Source of the DNA: Eledone cirrhosa
Taxonomy: Eukaryota
NCBI GenBank assembly: GCA_964016885.1
Contig: OZ024758.1
Location: 10,168,001 to 10,232,000, forward strand
Direction: 5' to 3'
DNA: 64,000 nt
The notes under the pieces are model-generated. The model searched no databases, was not told the origin of the DNA, and saw only the letters and a list, made by a program, of their open reading frames with translations. Position numbers and translations under genes: made by a program. Of this stretch, positions 12,492-25,600 are shown one piece after another; positions within the stretch are counted from its first letter, which is position 1; every line of letters starts with the position of its first letter.

Positions 12492-13575
12492 GTGTGGGTG
12501 TCTGATCTATATACACTGGTCATAGACACACATTGATTGTGTGTGTGTGTGTATACACAACACCACCAACTCTCTCCATGTCTTTCTGTTTATGAAGGTA
12601 CCTGTAAAAACCCCATAAATCGGAACCCGTGCTCTGATTTATGCAAAACTTGTTTTATTCCATTCAGAGTCAACTTCCTTTCAAAGTATTTACCCATTAT
12701 GTGCCCCTTTGGCTGTATTACATTAGGCAAGCAATCGGTTTTAGTAGTATACAGATTGACAGTGTGGTTTTTCTAGTAAACCAGCTGTAGGTTAGTAGTT
12801 TTACTGCAGTGTTTTAGTAAGATGTGATGTTTTAGATACATGCTGTTAATAAAAGCCAGTGGTGACATTTGTCCAAGTCCCCCCCATAAACAATATCCAG
12901 CAGTGTAGCAATTTAACAAGCATCAGCAGTCCATATACCATATGTGCAATAAAGTATAATTTGGTGTCAGGGAGGGCATCCAGCTGTAAACAAGTCTTTC
13001 AAAAAGTTGTGTCCAAATTATGGAAAAAGTGGATGTAAAAATGATGCTGGTAGAGAAGACAGTAGTTTCAATGTTTAACCAAAAAAAAAAGCAGACATTA
13101 AGTGATGTCAACATTGCTGTTCCCAAAGTGTTAGTGTTGCTGGCATTGATTGGATGGGTCAGAGAACTATGTCTCAATCATACTTTTTATTCTTAGCATG
13201 ATTTCTATAGCTGGATACCCTTTCTGATGCCAACCACTTTATAGAGTGTACTGGATACCTTTTATTGTGACTAGAGAAAACTAACATAGATGAAAAATTA
13301 GTTTATATTTGATTTATTGTCAATATTTAAATGATTAGGTGCCACTGGAAATTGAAGAAAATTGCTGAGCTGCTTAAGTTTGGTTGTAATGAAAATATTA
13401 AAGTAGCTATGAAACCTCAATTAATGTCCATTTCCTGTACATTTATACAAACTAATGTATAAACATTAGAAAATAGCTAACACTGGTATATAATTACATA
13501 ATGTTTTATAATTACATCAAAAGTTCATTTAGATGTATTGAAAAGTAATTGTTTTTTTATTTTCTTCATTGATAG

Positions 13576-13673
13576 TTGGTTCTGACAGTGCCGGAGCCTG
13601 TGGCTCAGCTGGCCTGATGACGTCTGACCGAGGAAATAGTGGTGGAGCTGAGCTGCAACTTGCACCATCTTCG
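13576..13673 (+). CDS. LARP4: LARP4 start-codon exon; ATG at 13617, [19 protein letters not shown]
   Basis: Acceptor ttcattgatag, donor TCG|gtaagt, phase 0 matching the PAM2 exon; MTSD resembles the human LARP4B start MTSDQ; GC-rich island in AT-rich intron. Confidence 0.75.
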
Positions 13674-16600
13674 GTAAGTTTAGATTCTTTCATTCAATTC
13701 ACATATTTTACTGGTTTCAGTTATTAGACTGATCATGTTGGGGTACCATTTTCAAGTGTTTAATTGGTTATATTGGACCCAGTCCTTGAGTGATTCATTA
13801 CATATTTAAACCATCTTCGGGAAAGAAGAATGATAAAATACACCTGGGGAAAACGGGCTTGCCCGAGATTTTGTGATTTATTTATTAAAAAAATTTTTTT
13901 TATATTAGTGGTATTTAAATGTACAATGAAATAAACATATTCATTTGAGCTAACCACAACCAGTTTCAAATATTTACTTGATCATGCTATTGTTAATCTA
14001 AGCAGCACTTGTTAGATGTTGGAAAAAGATTTAGTTTGTGGCCTCGCTTCAGTACTGACTTGGGCTATGTAGACTTGTCCAATCCTTTGCTTACAGGGAA
14101 AGCGGACGTTCAATGATGATTTTTCGTAAAAATCTTTGGCTCGAGCATTTATGATATATACATATAGTTTATTGGTGTGTAACATTTAGTATTGGTTCAC
14201 CAGTTTGTGCACTCAATGCCAATGTGGGTTCACCTGGTGATGTGATATTCTACTTTTGGTATTTCACCATAAGCGGTATCCTTAAGAAGCAGTGTGTTAA
14301 TAATAATGAGCAGGAACAAGGTATCAATATAGCATCATTAACCTTTTAGCATTTATAAACTGGTCGTAGCCAGCCAGAATTCTCTCACCTCTTTCTGTTC
14401 AAACTGGTTGTAACCAACCGCTCATACTGATAAGGTATTGTTCTCAAAATAAATATCAAAATCTCTTTGATATTATGTGAGATAAAGCCTTTACCATTAA
14501 AATACAATAGTAAATATAGAGTAATGTATATACTAAAGGGTTAAGGAATTCACAAGTCTGAACTATCGATTCCAGAGTTGGGCCTGATCGATACCAATCA
14601 TACCATTAGTTGATTGATCACGAATAAACATAATGATGCTATATTGATACCTCATTGCTGCTCATTAATTTATATATTCAATTAACACCAGTTGGTTTGC
14701 AAATTTTGAACTGTGTTGGGCAGGGGTTTTATATATTCAGATTATATGTATATAGCAGGAGATAGGAAAGTTTTTATTTGTATAAAGTGACACGAAAATC
14801 ACTCCTTTCATTTTCTTGTCAAAATGTTATGGTTGGTTAAGACAGTTGATAATTCTCACTCTGGGTCTCCTTTATACTCTGCCACAGGAATGAAGCTTCA
14901 AATACAATTAGGTCAATCTTGTACGAGTCATAATTCACTCTTCAGATTTTGACTTTGTTTGAAGCAACAAAGTGTTAATAGTAAATATCAATGTTATTCA
15001 ACATTTTATGTGTATATTATATTTGACATGTAACTTGGATTTTTTTAAATGGCTTATTCAAGGGAGGAAAGTTAAAAACACTTTTTAGGGCCTCCAGAAC
15101 TTTTGGTAGGGAGTTTTACTCAGACTGGACACTTTTGTCCAAGCGGTAGCATTAAATCAGACAACAAAATCTAAAACAGTCTCCAGATAGTTTAGTTTCT
15201 ATCAAATTTCACTAAAGATTTTGGATAACCTGAGGTTAACCAAAGGTGCTGTGCTGTGAACCTACATATTTGCAAAGCAATAAACCTTAAGTGTTATATC
15301 TATTATATAACGGGCATAACATTTTTGGTTATAAATAACCTGTTAACAAATTATTCCTTGATGAATAAAGTTATGAATGTATCAAAAGCTTTGTTACAAT
15401 AGTGTTATTTTTGTATTTTGTTATAAGCTTTGTACTTTTAGGAGCTGTTGTCTGATGTTATATGCTTGGGTTGTTTTTTTCTCACATTGGCCATTTAAAT
15501 ATGAATTAATGTGACTTGCTTATGGACACAGCACTATATTTGATCAGCTGAGTGACTCAAATCTTAACTGAAAAGAGGTATCACTTAACTGTTAGCAAGC
15601 AGCTTTTCAGAATTACTCCCTATCTGTAGACTTCATTTCAGTAATAAAAAATGGATGGGTGTGTGCAATAAAAAGCACTGGACTTAAAGATATAATCTTT
15701 TTGTTGCCATTTGAAGAGAATTAGTGATTTAGTAATACAATTGACTTTTTCATTATTTGGAGCATGAGTTTCTTGCATAAAATTATAATGGAAGGTTTTT
15801 AGATGAATATATACACCTTTAAAATAAGTTTTGTATAGAACCAGGGAGAGCTTGGTATTAGAAGGATTAAATGTAATGGCTGTTTTGATTAAATTCAGAG
15901 TACATTTATCATCATTGCGCATGTCCCCCTACCCTTCAGATAAGTTGGATGGGTCTACTCCAGCTCAATGTCTCACCACTTGTGATCCTGTGTTTCCATT
16001 GAGTTTCAGCCTTCCTCTCTGTCTTCCCTCTTTCATAGGTCATATATTTTTTTTTAGAGGCTACCAGATAACAAATTGGTACTCTGTCAAAGGCCTTCTT
16101 GAGATCAACAAATGCTAGGTAGAGGGCTTACCTTTAGCTATGAATTTCTCTGGTTTTCCTTCTGGGAAAATGGCATCAATGGTATCCTAATCAGTTGTGC
16201 TACAATTCTGTATTATTTTCATAACTTGGTCCATCAATGTGATGCATTTCTAGTTGTTTCTTTCTGGAGCATTTACTTTGATGATGATATTGTTATGCTA
16301 GTTATTTGGTATGATACTTCCTTGTACTACCTGGTTGATTATCAGAATGTATTTGCTGTGATACTTTCCTGTACTACCTGATTGACTCTGTCCTATTCTG
16401 CCTGATATTTTCAGCAACTATCTCTGAATAGCCCTGTTGCTTTCTCTGCTATTATTTCCTTAATTTTGCCTTTGACCATATAGCTGGTCCCCCCCTGTTG
16501 GGCCCACTTGGAGTAGTCTTCCCCACGTCTGTGCATTCTCCTCAATTAACAATCTTTTGTAATATTGCCAAGCCTCTTCTTATCAGTAAAAGCAAATGTG

Positions 16601-19600
16601 CCATTGTTGTTACATACACATTTTTCACCAGTTTTCATTTGCATGATATATGATATACTGTGTTGCAATTTGTAATACCTTGTTGAAGAACATTGATAAA
16701 CTTGATTTCAATTTTCTTTGCAATCATGTACCTGACATTATCTAGCTTTTCTTTTTGCTACCGTTTACTGTTCTTTGCTCATTACTTTTCTTTCAATCCT
16801 TCCAATCTTGTCTCATGAATTCCTGTCATACCATTCTATCACCACGTCACTGTCCCTTTTGTTGAAACCTTGCTCCATTCACAGATCTTGCAATAGGTTA
16901 TCTCATAAACATTCACATATTACAAGTCTCTTTTTGACTCATCATACACAGTAGTATGGTTCTAGCTTCCATATGCTCCTCCATCATTGTACCTTTGTAA
17001 CTATTCTCTCACCATCACAGAATACCCTACTCCCACCACCACCTCTCCAGGATAACCCCTGCACACTTAAATCCCAGCATACCAGTTGAAGCTGTTTTTA
17101 TCATCACAGTACTCTCCATTTTATCGACAACCATCTCCTCCCATCCCTTATAACCATGACAAATTGCACTCCAGTGTAGCTATTCACACCATCACTACAC
17201 CCACTTCACACTTGAATCCAGGATTACCATCAGTCGTAATTTCTTAGTAACAATTATTCATTACAAGTCAACAACCTATTTTTATCAGTTTTGAACTGCC
17301 AAATATTTCATTACATCATATGCCTTGTTGCAGTAAAAGGATTGTGCCATATAATTTGGCAACAACTTATTATCTTCTGATTGTATTTGTATTCCCATGT
17401 CTTCTTCTGCAGGCTCCTTTAACTTGGTTTGTTTGGCACTTCTTTACCCAACTCATCCACCATCTACATCATATTGCCACATTAATACAGTTTTCCCACT
17501 TCCATGCCTATATTTGATTCCTTTATACCTTGTTTTTCCTTAAGCTTGTTTGTGCTTCTTTCATTTCTTTGTTTTTGCACAATCTTATTTAAAGCCCATA
17601 TTTCACTGCTATTCAATATTTTTATATTGTTACTGGTCTGCTGTGCTTTCAAAACACCTGTTACTAATTAGGTCATGTAGGCAAGATACTTCTAGTGAAC
17701 TTCTATTTCTTAGATATTCTTACAGCTAACTAATCCTGTGTATCTTATATACTTGTGTGTGCATTTGCCTGGGATTGAGTCGGTTCAAACAAATGAAATG
17801 AATTCACAGCATCGTGAACCTAGGCCACCTATGTATAGATATCTGACGTGGATGTTGTCAGCCAGTCACAAATCAGAAGCTGGCACCAGATATTAGCTCA
17901 AGATCTGGCTTGATTGTGCCAAACATGTTTTCAGCTGTCCACCTTGTTGTTTATGCCATTCCAATAGGAGCTCTGGTGCGACTACATGGTGGATATGTTC
18001 ACCTTGTCGGTGGTGTAGGATGTGACCAAATTAATGGATGAATTTAAAAGTAGTAGTAGTTGTTGGAGGGATTTGTTCCATTAGACACAAAATTTGTGTG
18101 GACATAGTTTTGATGTGGTAATGGTAAAAAATTTGAGCTTATGTACACACGTTAGCCATTCCCCACAGTCATAAAGAATAGTGGGACTAAGCACCACTTC
18201 ATCAGGTGTAAATTTTTGTGGCCAGATGAATTTCTGATTTTGACCAGAGATTGTTTTGAAGACTGCAGCACAACTGTTGATAAAGATCTCTCATCTGCTG
18301 AATACAATTTTTTTTTGTTTTTTTTGTCAGCCTGTCTGTGTTTGTGCTGCATTTCTAGTTTACATTTAGTACAAGAGTCTGTAACTACTTTTCTACCTTT
18401 CTCAATATGCAGAAAAGCAGTAGGGTACTGTTTTTTTCATGTTTGCTAGGTTTACTTTGAGGCTTTTCAGTTCTTGGTTTTAGAATATCTTCTCTAAAAT
18501 TGATTTAGCTGTGAGAACCAAGTCATCGGCATGTGGGAGTTGGTGGTAAACTTCCTGTTATGGCCTGAGTCCTGGTGGACACCTGACTTGCATTTCAAAT
18601 TCCTTGCTGAACATGTTGTAAATGTTATCTTTGCCCAGCTCTCAACAAATGCTAAGAAATATATTCACTTGCTTTTTAGCTAAGAATTTCCATTGTCACA
18701 TTGAAAAGAAGTGTTATCCTATCTTGTCACAGACTCTAGACTACATCACATCTAAGCTAAATCTCTTCCTAATCAGTTGTACTATAAATCTTTTTTGTAG
18801 TTTCATAAGGTCTGATGCTTCTGTAATTCCTTCTAAGTCATATTACCTTGTAGCAGTTAATGATATTGCTATACCATCATTTGGTATGACACCTATTCTA
18901 TTACCTAATTTCTTAAGCACTTTGGTTAACATATGCCTACTTGGTCTTATTTTTTTAATTATTTTTAGCATCCATCAAATATTAGAAAATATATACTCCA
19001 TGTCTATTGTATTGACTAAAATAGATTAGTGCTGCTTGTTTGTTTTGTGGGTACCTCCTATGACATAATCTAAAGAAATACAAAGCCCAATATTGACCAA
19101 ACAAGAAGTCTTATGAGAAAAAAGTTATTTCCATTGAAGGCATTTTCACTGCTTTATTGCAACCATTATATTGATCTTTGTATTTCAAAGGTAAACATGA
19201 AATACAGTTTTGCAGCCAACACTGCAATATTTAACAAACACTATGTATCCAGTTTTGTATAGGTACTATATCCCTGTGTGTTGTAATAGATGATTGAATG
19301 GGTTGGTGTCAGGAACGGTATCTAGCCGTAAAACATTGCATTAGAAATGACCCTATGAATGGGTACAAGTATGTCATGTGGCTCGCAAGGCTAGCTTCTA
19401 CTTTAGCAAGGAAAATGGCTTTAAAATGTTTGTTGCAATGCAGTATGAAGTATATTAACTGTTCAACTTTGAGGACTGAGTAAATGGAATGTTCTTAATG
19501 GTTGCGAGTTGTCCCTTTAAAAAAAAAAAGGCTTCATTTTAAGTGCCAATTTTATACATACACACGTTTTTACACATTTGTTTTCCCTGCTAGCAAAGGT

Positions 19601-22600
19601 TCGACATACTGCAGAAGAAACATGCGAAATGATGATGGCTATATATATGTCCAACCTTTACTAACACAAATACACATTTATATATAAAATAAGATTAAAT
19701 ACACCATGCCCTATGCAAACACTAGTGAGCCTGGGTTCTCTGTGAGAACTTGTGTACAACATGGCAGATAATCTTAATATTTGAGAACAAAATTTGTAAA
19801 ATTCTCAGTGGATCACTATTCAGTTTGAATTAGTTTTTTTTTTCACATTCTGTCTACATAAACTCAAATGGCTGGACTACCCTTATCTCTACACCTTGGA
19901 CACGCTCCATCATACAAACACACACCTATTCAATAGTTTTCAGTTGAGTCGGTGACTGACAACTTCTCTAGTGCTGGTGCCACAATAAAAATGGATCCAA
20001 CGCGCTCTGTAAAGTGGTTGGCATTATGAAAGATATTCAGCTGTTGAAACCATGTCATGAAAAGGTTTGAGTTGTCTTCAGTTGTGTCAAAAGTAGGACA
20101 GTCTCCCTAGTGTGAGTTTCATGATAAAATGTACCAGTATACCCTTTTAAATTGCAGGAATGTATGTAAACAAGACGCAGGCTTCAGGCCTGTCTGAGAG
20201 GTCTGTAGCGCTGATTAAGTACTCACTTGGTAGTGATAACCTGTCCAAACTCAAACTCATTCCAGCACGGAAGAGGAGACGTTAGCCCTTTAGCATTTAC
20301 ATTACTCTATATATACTATTGTATTTTTTGTGGTAAGGGCTTTATCTTATATAATTATCGAATCAAGAAGATTTTGATGCTATTTATTTTGAGAACAATA
20401 CCTTAACATCAGTATGAGTGCCCAGTTAAAGCTGGTTTCAACAGAAACAGATGAGAGAATTCTGGCTGGTTTAAATGCTAAAGGGTGAAAGGATGGAAAA
20501 TTTAAAACAATATAAGAAGGTTAATCATCATTTTACGTCCGCATTTCCCTGCTTGCAAGGGTTGGACGGGTCCTATATTCAGCACAGCATCTCTCCACTT
20601 GTCACGGTCCTTCGTCATCTCCTCCGTGAGTTTCAGCGATCTGAGGTCTGCTCTCACCACCTCCGCCCATGTTTTTCGTGGGCAACCTCTACTGCGTCTT
20701 CCTTCTACTGGGATTTCTTGACACTTCTTTACACAGCGGTTATCCTCCATGCGCATCACATGTCCATACCATCTCGGCCTTCTCTCCTGCACACCACGAC
20801 TTATCCCTCTTATACCCAGTTTCTTTCTCAACTCGTCTATGCTTGGTCATTCATGCACATTGACATTGCACATCCAACGGAGCATACTTGCTTCATCTCT
20901 CTCCAGCCATTGCATATCTTCTGCAGTTGCTGCCCATGTCTCACTACCATGCAGCATCGCGCCTCTCACACAGGCATCATATAATCGTCCTTTCGTACGC
21001 AGGGAAAAACTCTTGTCAACAGAGGAAGCAGCTCCCTAAACTTCTTCCAACCCGTCCTTATTCTAGATACAATGGCCTCGGAACACCCCCTCCTGTGCTA
21101 ATCTGATCACCTATGTACCAGAAGCTATCAACCACGTCTATAGAACCCACCTGCATTGGGAAAATGTCTATCACTGCGATTACTACTGCCAACTTTCTCT
21201 GTACATCTACTGCATACATAGTTTTCCCAACCTGTTAGTTTGCCTGCTATCTCACTACATCTCTTGTGTACCCAAGATCTGCATTGCCTACATTTTATGG
21301 AATTTATGCCAGTTCCTTTCCTTCATATCGAACATGGCCATTTCCCCGATGGAATCAGTATTGTCTTCTGTTCTACTTATCAGCACTTTTGTTTTAGCTA
21401 TGTTCACACTCAGTCCTCTTGGTTCCAACTGCTGTTTCCATAGCCAGAATTTATTCTCTAGCTCCTCTACTGATTCTGCTATAAGAACCAGATCATCAGC
21501 ATAGAGAAGTTCCCATGGGCAGCCAGTCTTAAACTCCTCTGTAATGGCTTGGAGGACTATAATGAACAAGAGCGGGCTGAGGACCGAACCCTGATGTACA
21601 CCTACTTGTATCTGGAAATCCTCACTAGACTCCATTCCTATTCTCACTTTATTGATTGGAGAGGAATGAAGCTTGCATGCTCTGTTGGATGTGTAATAGT
21701 AATATACGTGAACGGCAAAGCATAAATGAACTAAGGGAGAAATTAGGAATAAGAGGGATCAGATGTTGTTTACTCGAGAGAAGACTATGTTGGTATGGTC
21801 ACGTGATGCGCATGAAAGACGACAGCTGTATAAAACAGTGCAGGGCGATAAAAATAGACGGTAGCCACGGAGTAGGCAGATCCAGAAAAACCTGGGACGA
21901 CTTGATAAATTCCGACCTCACACACTTACACCTCTCCAAGACAATGTCACTGGACCGAGATCTTTGGTGCTACACAGTAATACAGAAGACCTACCTTGCC
22001 TAAGTACAAAGCGAAACCTACAGTCAGTAGGCACCTCTTAACAAAAATACACGCACGTCCCATCCACACTACTCCTTTCGATGTAAAGTTATGTTGGTAC
22101 CACAACATCCAGTCCGAAATAAATGAGGTTGTGTAGTTGTCACGACAAAAAAAACACTGTCCACACTGTAATGTGGCCGTGTAGGGAACACAGTAAAAAC
22201 CTCCCAGTCCACACTGTAAACGTGGTTGGTGTTAGGAAGGGCAGACAGTCCTATACGAGCAAGACAACCAATCTTGCCTCAAGTGGGAAAATTCCCGTCC
22301 AAACCCATGCAAGCGTGGAAGATGGACGTTAAACGATGATGATGATGACAGCACCCCTGTACATAGCTTGCACCGTCCTCACAAGCCATTCCTCTACTAG
22401 TTAATGGAAAATAAAAATCTGTGTTAAAAAAAATATTGCCTATGCACGAAGTGACAGCAATTGAACGTTCAACAAATTTTGTAACTGAATATCTGCAATA
22501 GTTCTAGAAACATTTGATAAATGTGTAAAGTTTAAATGGCACCCAGCTATGCTGTCAATGTCAACATAATGTCCCCTCGGTTCTCAAAATGAGTGCGTTT

Positions 22601-25600
22601 CAGTGGGGGTCTTCATTTCTGGGAACAACCAGAAATCAGGAGCAGCTATGTCTTAGGAATGAGTAAACCTTTCTTTGCCAGGTAATCTTGGATTATCTTT
22701 GTCAGATGTAATAGGGTGATGCAGCTGGCAGTTTTGTGAGCTCCGACAGCATCAAACTGCATCTTGTAGGCATCAGGGGACTCCTTTGTAACTTTGTTTT
22801 TCTGGTATGTGTTCATAATTCACAATACCTATGTGTGCTTTTTATTTTATGAAGATTGGCAGTAAAAAAACTGCATCTCAAACGTTAAGTCTAGTTTTCA
22901 AGTGCAAGAAATATTTGAGTGCTAAAATATGCTGTTAAACATGCTTAAGACATAAATACCCACTAGAGAACTGGATAGGTTGCTGCTAGATAAACATTGT
23001 AGACCAAATATAAAAAGAAATGTGAGGGGTGGGGGTGGCACATTCTTATGATTGGCAAACCAATAGCACACCTATAGCGAAAAAGTAAACACATTCACTG
23101 TTTTTGTCTGTATTTATTTTTCAATCTCAAGATTTTGGTTACAAATGTATTGTTTAGATTAAAAATAATGGCTGGTTTATTTATCTTACCTTTTCACTTA
23201 TTAGCAGATATTTTACATTTTATATCATAGCAGCAATGTCCATGTGACATTTTACATTTTATATTGACTTTTGTGATTTTTAGAAATTAATTTCAGCTTT
23301 ATTTGCTTTCAGGTATGTTGAAAGTATATTTTAATTGCTAGATAAAATGTTCATGGTTCTAGTGCCTCATAGTAATTTCATATCTAGGTTAGAGGAATCA
23401 TCTATTTTCATACAATTTATTTAGCCTTAAAAGTATATCATCATCATCATCATTTAACCCTTTAGCTTTTAAACCATGTTCCTGATTTTATTCAAAATAC
23501 TGGTCCACAACACACATTACCTCCCGATGCTAAAGCACTGGATTATTTCTTTTTGTTTTTGCCACAAACTTTCTTCAGAGTTGTGGCAGAAAAAATTAAG
23601 CGATATACCCAACAACAGATTTCAAATCGAGGACAACTCGATCTGTTATGGCGACCGACAGATGCTGTGGAAATGCAAGCATTTTTTACCATAAATATTA
23701 TGTTCGGTATAAAACAATTTCCAAGACTGGGATTACTGGAGCACCGATATAAGGTTTGATCCTTATATATCAAGTATTATGCCGAAAACGAGGTATTTAA
23801 AATTAAACCAGTATTTGCACCTGGTTGATACTTCAAAAATGCCCCTATTAATTTATTTCACCTGCCCATAAAAGTCAAATTTAACAAAAAAAAATCAGGT
23901 AAAATTATATAATTGTAAATTATTGATATTTTAACATCTACTGACAAAATTTGAAGCCAGCACATAAATTAAGAAAATTACAAACAAATAAAATTGATAA
24001 CCCTCTTGAGTAACTGAAAATAATGTGAACAGATAAACATGACATTTGACAAATTAATGTGAATGCTAAAGAGTTTTGCAGCAAATTTCAATAATATTAA
24101 GACACCCTAATGGGGGTTACCCCCCCCCCCCCTCCTTATAGTGAAAATTTTGGCCAGTAAACGGAACAAGATTTCACGAACTCCTATGGTTTTGGAGATA
24201 GACCCCCATAACCATATATATTCTGAAACTACATTGCCCAGGGTACTTGGATAAGTATATTTCATTTTAATTAAAGGGTTCCCGCGCTGAAAATTTTTTC
24301 CCTTCGATTTATATGAAATTTAAACCATAGGTAAATGACAAGATATGATGCCTATTCACAAAAGTTTTGAATTGATATTTTGAAAAAAATTATTTACAAG
24401 AACAGGTGATGCGTTGTTTCCTTGAGCAAGACACTTTATTTCACATTGCTCCAGTTTACTCAGCTGTAGAAATGAGATGATAGAACTGGGGTCCCTATCA
24501 TTCCACTGCAAAGTGGTCGTGGAGGTGCCACGGCAAAAAAGCATCCAGCCCACCCTGTAAAGTGGACGTGTAGGCGCCATGGAAAAAAAAACCCCAGCAC
24601 TGACTGTAAGTGAGGTTGGTGTTAGGAAGAGCATCCAGCTGTAGAAATCAAGCCAGAATCGGTTCCCATCCCACCCTTGCAAGCAGGGAAAAGCGGACGT
24701 AAAATGATGATGATGAAACAAAATAAGAATAAGATTTAATAATGTAATTTTGATTTGATATATTACAAAAAATGTTTTCCAATTTTTCATGCATTACATT
24801 TTACATCAATCATCATTTTCTTACAAAAGAAATGTGTGAAACGCAGCAAGGTGCGGGTAATTCGGCTAGTGTTAAATAAAAATAAACTGAACAGCAGCAG
24901 ATGTGACTAACATGATTTGTTTTCATATTTATGTATCAAGAAAACACATCATGTTCACCAGCTGTGCGATAAGTCATCAAAGTCAACCTTACTATAAGTG
25001 ATGAATATTGAAGTAGAAATATATAAGGCTTCACTATAACATTTGACTAATTAAGTCTTAATAACAGGGCGTAATAAACCCACTGAACGGAAAAAGATGG
25101 GTATCGGTTATTTAGTCGAATGTTACAACGAAGCCATATATTTTTTTGACTTCAGTTTTCAAACTTCGCTCATCACTTTCTAAACATACTTCCGCTGACC
25201 AATATATTTATCTTGGACAGTTGGTAGAAGTAACGTTCATATAGAGGAAATATAAAGGCAAATCCGAGCTGGATGGTATGCTTTTGGTAAATTAAATGAC
25301 ATGGAAAATAAGATGTCACTCTGCCTGAAATGCAATGTAGTTTAACCCTTTAGCATTCACATTAATTTTCAAATGTCATGCTTATCTATTCACATTATTT
25401 TGAATTAATCATACTCAAGAGGGTTATCAATTTGACTTGAAATTTTGTCAGTAGATGTTAAAATATAATTTACAATTGTATATTTTTACTGATTTTTTTT
25501 TTTTTCTTTTTTCTTACCTTTGACCTTTATGGGCAGGTGAAATTAATTAACAGGTGTAAAAGTAATGACTTTATGGATAAACACAAATTTAAACTTTATC

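Noticed and set aside
17640-18170. Possible restriction-endonuclease-type (R2/NeSL-like) LINE remnant on the minus strand
   Set aside because: Only vague motif resemblance; left within the generic degenerate non-LTR feature
20475-21106. Several + strand ORFs of 64-169 aa
   Set aside because: Antisense readings of the minus-strand RTE LINE
20525-22003. Twin-priming 5' inversion of a single LINE
   Set aside because: Both halves contain the same C-terminal region and are diverged, so they derive from two templates
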